From contig OZ220733.1 of the NCBI GenBank assembly GCA_965116875.1, positions 4,448,001 to 4,512,000 of the forward strand: a stretch of 64,000 nucleotides of DNA, in the 5' to 3' direction. The DNA is from Candidatus Latescibacterota bacterium (GTDB taxonomy: Bacteria; Latescibacterota; UBA2968; GCA-2709665). The position numbers and the translations under genes are program-made. Below are positions 57,689 to 64,000 of this stretch, piece after piece. The notes beneath the pieces are model-generated. The model did not search any database, was not told the DNA's origin, and saw nothing but the letters and a program-made list of their open reading frames with translations. Within the stretch, counting starts at the first letter, position 1. Each line of letters starts with the position of its first letter.

Positions 57689-59767
57689 ATGCCCTTAGAT
57701 CTGTTTTTCATCCCTGTGCTGCCGCTGGCGGCATTCGCCGTACAGGCTTTCTGGGGACGGCGCCTGCCGCGCGGGGGCGACTGGGTACCCCTCGCTGCAA
57801 TCTCCATTTCATTTCTCCTCTCACTCCGATATTTCGCCCTGGCGCTTTCTGCCTACGATCCGGGCTGGCGGCTCGACCTCGATTCATGGGTCTGGCTGGA
57901 TTTGGGCGCCGCGAAGATCAGCGTTGGCCTGCTGGTCGACAATATAACCGCCGTCATGTTGATGGTTGTCACGGTCGTCAGCGGTCTCGTGCACCTCTAT
58001 TCAATCGGCTATATGCACGGAGACCCCCGATATTCCCGATTCTTCGGTTTCCTGGCGATCTTTTCGTTTTCGATGCTGGGACTGGTTCTGGTTGACAATT
58101 TCCTTCTGCTTTATGTTTTCTGGGAACTTGTAGGGCTGTCTTCCTATTTGCTGATCGGATTCTGGTATGAGAAACCCTCGGCGGCTGCGGCGTGCAAGAA
58201 AGCGTTCCTGGTAAATCGCGTTGGCGACCTGGGCTTTTTTGTAGGCATTATGATCGTATTCTGGAAGGTTGGCGCATTCGACTTCGCGAGTGTCTACGAC
58301 GGGGTTGCCGCCGGACATCTCAGCGGAGGCCTTCTTACGGTTGCGGGCCTGTGTCTGTTCTGCGGCGCAGTTGGCAAGTCGGCGCAGTTTCCATTGCATG
58401 TCTGGCTGCCGGATGCCATGGAGGGTCCGACTCCCGTCAGCGCGTTGATCCACGCCGCAACGATGGTTGCCGCCGGCGTATATATGGTAACGCGGATGTT
58501 CCCGATCCTTACGCCTGACGCTCTGTTGGCAATCGCTTATATTGGCGCGATCACGGCAATTCTGGGAGCAACCATCGCCGTGGCCCAGTACGACATCAAA
58601 CGCGTCCTGGCTTACTCGACAATCAGCCAGCTCGGATATATGATCATGGGCCTGGGAGTGGGCGCGTACGTGGCGGGCTTTTTCCACCTGATGACACACG
58701 CGGCGTTCAAGGCGTGTCTCTTCCTCGGATCGGGAAGCGTTATTCATGCCGTGGAACATGCGTTCCACAGGACGCACAACGATAGCGATCCGCAGGATAT
58801 GCGAAATATGGGGGGGCTTCGGGAGAAGATGCCGCTGACGTTCCGGACCTTTCTGATCGCGACCGTAGCCCTGGCGGGGGTGCCGCTGACCTCCGGATTC
58901 CTGAGCAAGGACGCAATACTGGCCGGAGCGCTGGGCTTCGGCGGTTTCTCCCGGCCGGTACATTTCCTGCTGCCGCTGCTGGGATTCGCGGCCGCGGGTT
59001 TGACGGCGTTCTACATGTTCCGGCTGATCTTTCTCACGTTTTACGGGAAACCCAGAGAGAAATCCCTTGTCGAATACGCACATGAGTCTCCTCGAGTGAT
59101 GACGGTCCCGCTGATCGTGCTGGCGGTGCTGAGTATCTGGGTCTTCTATGCCTGGAACCCGCTGGGCGGAGAAGGCTGGTTTCAACATCTCGTGAAGCGG
59201 CCTGAAGCGGGTCTGCTGGCGGGCAGAGGCGAGCCGTTGCCGATCGAACCCGGAGCAGAGGTCCTTGCCGCGGGTTCAACCGGCGACGCGGCACACGCCG
59301 CTCACTACCCGGCGATGATCCTTTCTTTGCTGGTGGCCGGCGCCGGAATCTACACGGCTTACCGGAAGTACTACAACCGGCGGGAGGAGATGATCGCCCG
59401 GGAGGAGACACTGCTGCATTCGGGCGGGATCTTCCGGTTGTTGAACCGAAAGTGGTATTTCGACGAACTCTACGAAGCCAGCTTTGTCCGTGCGGTCATG
59501 GTCGGACGGACGGTATTGAACTGGTTCGACGCCCACATTGTAGACGGGCTCGTGAATCTGTCGGCCACGTTGACCCGGGGCATCTCGTTTATCGACCGGC
59601 TGTTCGACGAATGGGTGGTCGACGGGCTCGTGAACGCCGTCGCGGGCGTGATCAGGTGGGCCGGCAGCGGGCTGAGACGCATTCAGACAGGACGACTGCA
59701 GACCTACGTCGTTCTGGTTATGGGCGGTATTCTGGTGCTGATGGTGATCCGATTGATGGGTACGTGA
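57689..59767 (+). CDS. nuoL: NADH-quinone oxidoreductase subunit L
   Basis: WELVGLSSYLLIGF, KSAQFPLHVWLPDAMEGPTPVSALIHAATMV. Confidence 0.97.
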   Translation: MPLDLFFIPVLPLAAFAVQAFWGRRLPRGGDWVPLAAISISFLLSLRYFALALSAYDPGWRLDLDSWVWLDLGAAKISVGLLVDNITAVMLMVVTVVSGLVHLYSIGYMHGDPRYSRFFGFLAIFSFSMLGLVLVDNFLLLYVFWELVGLSSYLLIGFWYEKPSAAAACKKAFLVNRVGDLGFFVGIMIVFWKVGAFDFASVYDGVAAGHLSGGLLTVAGLCLFCGAVGKSAQFPLHVWLPDAMEGPTPVSALIHAATMVAAGVYMVTRMFPILTPDALLAIAYIGAITAILGATIAVAQYDIKRVLAYSTISQLGYMIMGLGVGAYVAGFFHLMTHAAFKACLFLGSGSVIHAVEHAFHRTHNDSDPQDMRNMGGLREKMPLTFRTFLIATVALAGVPLTSGFLSKDAILAGALGFGGFSRPVHFLLPLLGFAAAGLTAFYMFRLIFLTFYGKPREKSLVEYAHESPRVMTVPLIVLAVLSIWVFYAWNPLGGEGWFQHLVKRPEAGLLAGRGEPLPIEPGAEVLAAGSTGDAAHAAHYPAMILSLLVAGAGIYTAYRKYYNRREEMIAREETLLHSGGIFRLLNRKWYFDELYEASFVRAVMVGRTVLNWFDAHIVDGLVNLSATLTRGISFIDRLFDEWVVDGLVNAVAGVIRWAGSGLRRIQTGRLQTYVVLVMGGILVLMVIRLMGT

Positions 59768-59937
59768 CCAGGCATCATGTGAATCAACTGCTGCGACCGG
59801 ACATGGGTACTTCGAATAGCGCGCTGAAGTTCGTTGCTCCGTATACAGAGTAACGGAAGGATTCCGGAAACAGGCGCCCTGGGCGATTCATCCGTCCGGG
59901 TTGCGCCGTGCGATCTGATGAGGGAGGTAGCAGACAG

Positions 59938-61515
59938 ATGGATCAGTGGATTCTTACGCTCTTGACCTTTGTTCCCGTACTTGGCGCCGCGGTAATTCTG
60001 CTGATGCCCGGCAGGGCGGTCGACGCGATTCGCAGGGTAGCGCTCGCTGCGACCGGACTCTGCCTTCTCCTGGCCATCTGGCTGTTTCACGATTTCGATC
60101 GGTCCGTACCCGGCATGCAGTATGAAGTGCGGCTTCCCTGGATCGAATCGTTCAATATCCAGTATTATATGGGCATAGACGGCCTCAGCGTTTCGATGGT
60201 GCTGCTGACGGCCTTGCTGGGTTTCCTCTGTGTTCCCGCATCCTGGTCCATCAACCGCGGGGTTAAGGGATATTTCGCACTCTTTCTGCTGCTCGAGGCC
60301 GGCATGCAGGGTGTGTTCGTTTCGCTGGACTTCTTCCTGTTCTACGTATTCTGGGAAGTGATGTTGTTGCCGATGTACTTCCTGATCGGGATCTGGGGAG
60401 GGCCCCGAAAGGAATATGCCGCCATCAAGTTCTTTCTGTATACGCTTGCCGGGAGCGTCCTGTTGTTGCTGGTCATGCTCGCATTTTACTTCAACGTCAC
60501 CGATCCCGGAACGGGAAAACATACATTCAATATGCTGGTCATGATGGACCAGGCCAACCACTCCGAATGGCTTCGGGCCGGCATGATTTTCGGGTACTCG
60601 GCTCCCGTAGTCATCTGGATTGCCATGTTTATCGGTTTTGCGATTAAGGTACCCCTTTTTCCGTTTCACACCTGGCTTCCCGACGCCCATGTAGAAGCGC
60701 CAACGGCCATCAGCGTCATTCTGGCGGGGGTGCTCCTGAAGATGGGCACGTATGGAATTCTGCGGTTCAATTACCCGATGCTGCCCGATGTCACACGCGA
60801 TTTCAGCTATTTCCTGGCCGTGATCGGGGTCATCAATATTATCTATGGCGCGCTTGTTGCAATGGCGCAGACGGATCTGAAGAAGCTGGTGGCGTATTCC
60901 AGTATCAGCCACATGGGTTTTGTGATGCTCGGCATGTCGTCCTTCACACCCCACGGAATCAACGGGGCGGTATTTCAGATGTTCAACCACGGCACCATCA
61001 CGGCGATGTTGTTTCTGCTCGTTGGTGTCATTTACGACCGGGCGCACCACCGGTATATTGTATATCCCAACGACTATGAAGATCCGGATTTGCGCGGAAA
61101 GCTGGGGTTCGGGGGGTTGTGGTCGCACATGCCGGTGTACGGCAGTCTTACGATGGTGGCATACTTCGCCGCGCTGGGTCTGCCCGGCCTTTCCGGGTTT
61201 ATCAGCGAAGCCCTCTGTTTCCTGGGCGCATTCCAGGTCCACCGCACCATGACAATCCTGGGTACTCTGGGCGTCCTCCTCGGAGCGGCGTACATGCTGT
61301 GGGCATTTCAACGTCTGTTCATGGGGCCGTTTAACGAACGTTGGAAAGATCTGCCCGAAATTAACGGGCGGGAGATCTTCAGTCTGGCTCCGCTGGCGGT
61401 TATCGTAATCGTCCTGGGCATTTATCCTTCACCGGTGCTGGATCTGCTTGCACAGTCGCTCGGGGAGCTTGTAAAGGACCTGAACGGGCCGGTTATATCC
61501 GCATTGCAGCGGTAG
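59938..61515 (+). CDS. nuoM: NADH-quinone oxidoreductase subunit M
   Basis: KVPLFPFHTWLPDAHVEAPT, AYSSISHMG. Confidence 0.97.
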   Translation: MDQWILTLLTFVPVLGAAVILLMPGRAVDAIRRVALAATGLCLLLAIWLFHDFDRSVPGMQYEVRLPWIESFNIQYYMGIDGLSVSMVLLTALLGFLCVPASWSINRGVKGYFALFLLLEAGMQGVFVSLDFFLFYVFWEVMLLPMYFLIGIWGGPRKEYAAIKFFLYTLAGSVLLLLVMLAFYFNVTDPGTGKHTFNMLVMMDQANHSEWLRAGMIFGYSAPVVIWIAMFIGFAIKVPLFPFHTWLPDAHVEAPTAISVILAGVLLKMGTYGILRFNYPMLPDVTRDFSYFLAVIGVINIIYGALVAMAQTDLKKLVAYSSISHMGFVMLGMSSFTPHGINGAVFQMFNHGTITAMLFLLVGVIYDRAHHRYIVYPNDYEDPDLRGKLGFGGLWSHMPVYGSLTMVAYFAALGLPGLSGFISEALCFLGAFQVHRTMTILGTLGVLLGAAYMLWAFQRLFMGPFNERWKDLPEINGREIFSLAPLAVIVIVLGIYPSPVLDLLAQSLGELVKDLNGPVISALQR

Positions 61516-61588
61516 GTCCGTGCAGGACAGTTTGACGTTCCGGGACCTCGCTGCGTCTTGAACCCGACTCGATGGGAGGTACGTTCTC

Positions 61589-63118
61589 TTGGCCGAGGCC
61601 ATCAAATACGCGATCGCGGTGAATCTGGACGGCCTTCAATACATCTGGCCGGAGATCATCATTACGGTCGCAATTATAGGCATCGTGACCGTCGATCTGA
61701 TCCTGACAGCAAAGAAGAAGGCGTTGTTGACCGGCCTGACGCTTCTTGTTCTTGTGGCCTGTCTGTTTTCGATCGCGGACTTGTACGACGAGCCGCCCCG
61801 GTCGCTTTTCATGGGCATGATCGCCCTGGATGGTTTTGCCCTGTTCTTCAAGCTTGTCATCGTGGTCACGACCATTGTGGTCACGCTGTTCGGCCTGCAA
61901 TCGCGGGACATCGATTCCGACCGCATGGGCGAATTCTACGCGCTCTTCCTTTCCGTCGGGCTGGGTGGCTTTCTGATGGCCGGTGCGACCAATCTGCTGA
62001 TGATGTATCTTGCGCTTGAACTCGTCAGCCTGCCTTCCTACGTACTGGCGGGTTATCAGAAACGGGTCCAGCGATCCAACGAGGCGGCGTTGAAATACGT
62101 CGTTTACGGCGGGGTGTCTTCCGGCATCATGCTCTATGGGTTCTCCCTGATCTACGGCCTGACGGGCACACTGGACATCTATGGGATTGCCGAGCGTCTT
62201 GGCACAACGGCGCCTTACGAACTGACGTTGTTTCTCGGCGCGACGCTCGCGATGGCCGGGTTCGGATACAAGGTGGCCTCGGTTCCGTTTCACTTCTGGT
62301 GTCCCGACGTCTACGAGGGCGCGCCAACTCCCGTGACTGCGTTTTTCTCGGTCGCACCGAAGGCGGTCGGTTTCGCCATGCTGGCGCGGTTCTTCTACGT
62401 GGGTCTGTCCGCATTCGACGGTGCATCGGGGACAGGTGCCGCGCTGGGTGTGGCGTGGCCGCAGCTGCTCGCCCTTATTTCAGCGTTTACGATGACGCTG
62501 GGCAATCTGACGGCCATCTGGCAGCGCAATCTGAAGAGGCTGCTCGCGTACTCCAGCATCGCCCACGCGGGCTATATGATGATGGGTGTTGTGATGTTGT
62601 CGTCCGCGGGCCTGAAGGCGGTGATGTTTTATGCGGGCGCCTATCTGTTCATGAACCTGGGTGCGTTTCTGGTTGTCCTGCTGTTGGCCGAAAAGATCGG
62701 AAGCGAGGATATCGGAGATTACAGCGGCCTGGGTTGGCGTTCGCCCTGGATTGCACTTGCGATGTCTGCATTTCTGTTCTCTCTTACGGGACTGCCCCCG
62801 ACCGCAGGGTTTGTCGGAAAGGTGTATCTGTTTGCCGCAGTTGTAGATGGTGGACTCTACTGGTTGGCCGTCGTGGGCGCGCTGAACAGTGCCGTTTCCC
62901 TGTATTACTACGCGAGGGTCGTCCGCGCCATGTACCTTGAAAAGCCCCGCTCGGATTCACCCGTTGTCATATCCCCGTTCGCCACGGCAACTCTGGCGGT
63001 CTTGTTCGTGGGTACGCTGCTGTTTGGCGTCTACTGGGCGCCACTGGCCGATCTGGCCGAAACGTCAACCGCGATCTTCCTGAACGGTGGTGATGCCGTT
63101 CAGGCCATGGTGCGGTAA
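61589..63118 (+). CDS. nuoN: NADH-quinone oxidoreductase subunit N
   Basis: EAALKY, PFHFWCPDVYEGAPTP, AYSSIAHAG; TTG start with GGAGG RBS. Confidence 0.96.
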   Translation: MAEAIKYAIAVNLDGLQYIWPEIIITVAIIGIVTVDLILTAKKKALLTGLTLLVLVACLFSIADLYDEPPRSLFMGMIALDGFALFFKLVIVVTTIVVTLFGLQSRDIDSDRMGEFYALFLSVGLGGFLMAGATNLLMMYLALELVSLPSYVLAGYQKRVQRSNEAALKYVVYGGVSSGIMLYGFSLIYGLTGTLDIYGIAERLGTTAPYELTLFLGATLAMAGFGYKVASVPFHFWCPDVYEGAPTPVTAFFSVAPKAVGFAMLARFFYVGLSAFDGASGTGAALGVAWPQLLALISAFTMTLGNLTAIWQRNLKRLLAYSSIAHAGYMMMGVVMLSSAGLKAVMFYAGAYLFMNLGAFLVVLLLAEKIGSEDIGDYSGLGWRSPWIALAMSAFLFSLTGLPPTAGFVGKVYLFAAVVDGGLYWLAVVGALNSAVSLYYYARVVRAMYLEKPRSDSPVVISPFATATLAVLFVGTLLFGVYWAPLADLAETSTAIFLNGGDAVQAMVR

Positions 63119-63198
63119 TCCGGTGTGCCGGGCTGAGGGGCGGATCCGCAATGGACCGCATCACCTGAGTCCGGTCTTTTATGAAAACAGACACAGGA

Positions 63199-63235
63199 AC
63201 AGCCCCGCGGTCCAGCATCGCGGGGCTGTCTTTTT
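63199..63235 (+). terminator. Intrinsic terminator of the nuo operon
   Basis: ACAGCCCCGCG-N9-CGCGGGGCTGT-C-TTTTT. Confidence 0.8.
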
Positions 63236-63253
63236 GAGGTCGGGATCTGTACG

Positions 63254-63679
63254 CTATCCCCAGGCTTTTCCGCTGGCGCTTCTTTTCTTCCTTCTCAGAT
63301 CGTCTTTCTCGACCAAAAACCCGAGTAGATTCTTGCGTCCCAGGGTTCTGAGGTAGCTCAACAGAGAGATCTCGGCTTCCTTCGCATTGAGCTTGTGGGT
63401 GTCGCACAATTGCTTGATCATTGCGGCCACGGACGTGCGGCCGTCACACATATTCCAGACCTGAGATCCGATCTCATCAAGGACCAGCGTTCGTTTTTCG
63501 GGCACCCAGAATATCTTGGAAAGGATCTTCACTTTCGTGGTATCCGCGCGCCTCAATGTAATGGTCACTTCGTCGTCGTTGTTCGTCTTCCATTCCAGCT
63601 GGCTGTTCCGGGCAGGTTTGGAGTTGAACATCGCCTCACGACTGATCTTGGGCTGTCTCTTCGAGGAGAACAAGGACAT
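63254..63679 (-). CDS. PqqD-family (RRE-fold) protein
   Basis: LVLDEIGSQVWNMCDGRTSV...YLRTLGRKNLL. Confidence 0.82.
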   Translation of the reverse strand: MSLFSSKRQPKISREAMFNSKPARNSQLEWKTNNDDEVTITLRRADTTKVKILSKIFWVPEKRTLVLDEIGSQVWNMCDGRTSVAAMIKQLCDTHKLNAKEAEISLLSYLRTLGRKNLLGFLVEKDDLRRKKRSASGKAWG

Positions 63680-63718
63680 ACGGCTTCCTGTGGTTCAGGG
63701 ACAGAGAAGGGCCGCCGG

Positions 63719-64000
63719 TCAGGATTTCGGAAGTTCCGGAACGGAATCCGGGTGGCAGATCACGGAGTTGCGGGCATTCTCGATGTCCGCGGCATCCTTC
63801 TGTTTCTTGTAGTAGGTGTGTACAACGTAAATCTTGTTTCCATGACTGCACGTCCAGACACGGGCTTCCATATTCAGACGCGGTCTGACGTTCCAGAACG
63901 GTAGCGGCATCAGCAAACCCCGCCAGCGGCTCTTGGGTTTACCGCGAATTTGCAGACCGGGGTGGTTGCCAACGCCGGTCTCGAGGACATCCAGATTGAC
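63719..64000 (-). CDS. Hypothetical protein, C-terminal part (runs off the window)
   Basis: Frame is open from the window edge to the TGA at 63719, 40 nt upstream of the PqqD-like gene. Confidence 0.6.
   Translation of the reverse strand, partial: VNLDVLETGVGNHPGLQIRGKPKSRWRGLLMPLPFWNVRPRLNMEARVWTCSHGNKIYVVHTYYKKQKDAADIENARNSVICHPDSVPELPKS

Overview
GC-rich bacterial chromosomal segment from a diderm organism (TonB protein, lipoproteins). The secreted dockerin-like/EF-hand proteins, the DUF6785-type membrane protein and the many Gfo/Idh/MocA, amidohydrolase and aldo-keto reductase genes suggest a Latescibacterota/Gemmatimonadota/Poribacteria-like lineage; that assignment is inference only. 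Bases 1-38 kb hold catabolic enzymes, secreted proteins, a split NitT/TauT ABC transporter with a LecA-like lectin, GGT, AspC and a phosphomannomutase. Bases 38.4-40 kb are a decaying toxin-antitoxin patch containing a TTAA-flanked MITE-like insertion; a second copy lies at about 23.3 kb. Bases 40-44 kb hold DUF2953-YtfJ-ATP-grasp, convergent with a B12-binding radical SAM gene whose apparent TGA stop reads as selenocysteine (C-U-A-E-P tail with a SECIS-like hairpin). Bases 44-52 kb are an extended suf operon (sufBCDSU-sufT-rrf2-nuoB2-nfuA) containing an extra NuoB paralog. It is divergent from an 11-subunit complex I operon (nuoABCDHIJKLMN, no nuoEFG). The window ends in a PqqD-like gene. No rRNA, tRNA or CRISPR array was seen. 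All family assignments come from recognising motifs by eye, not from database searches.
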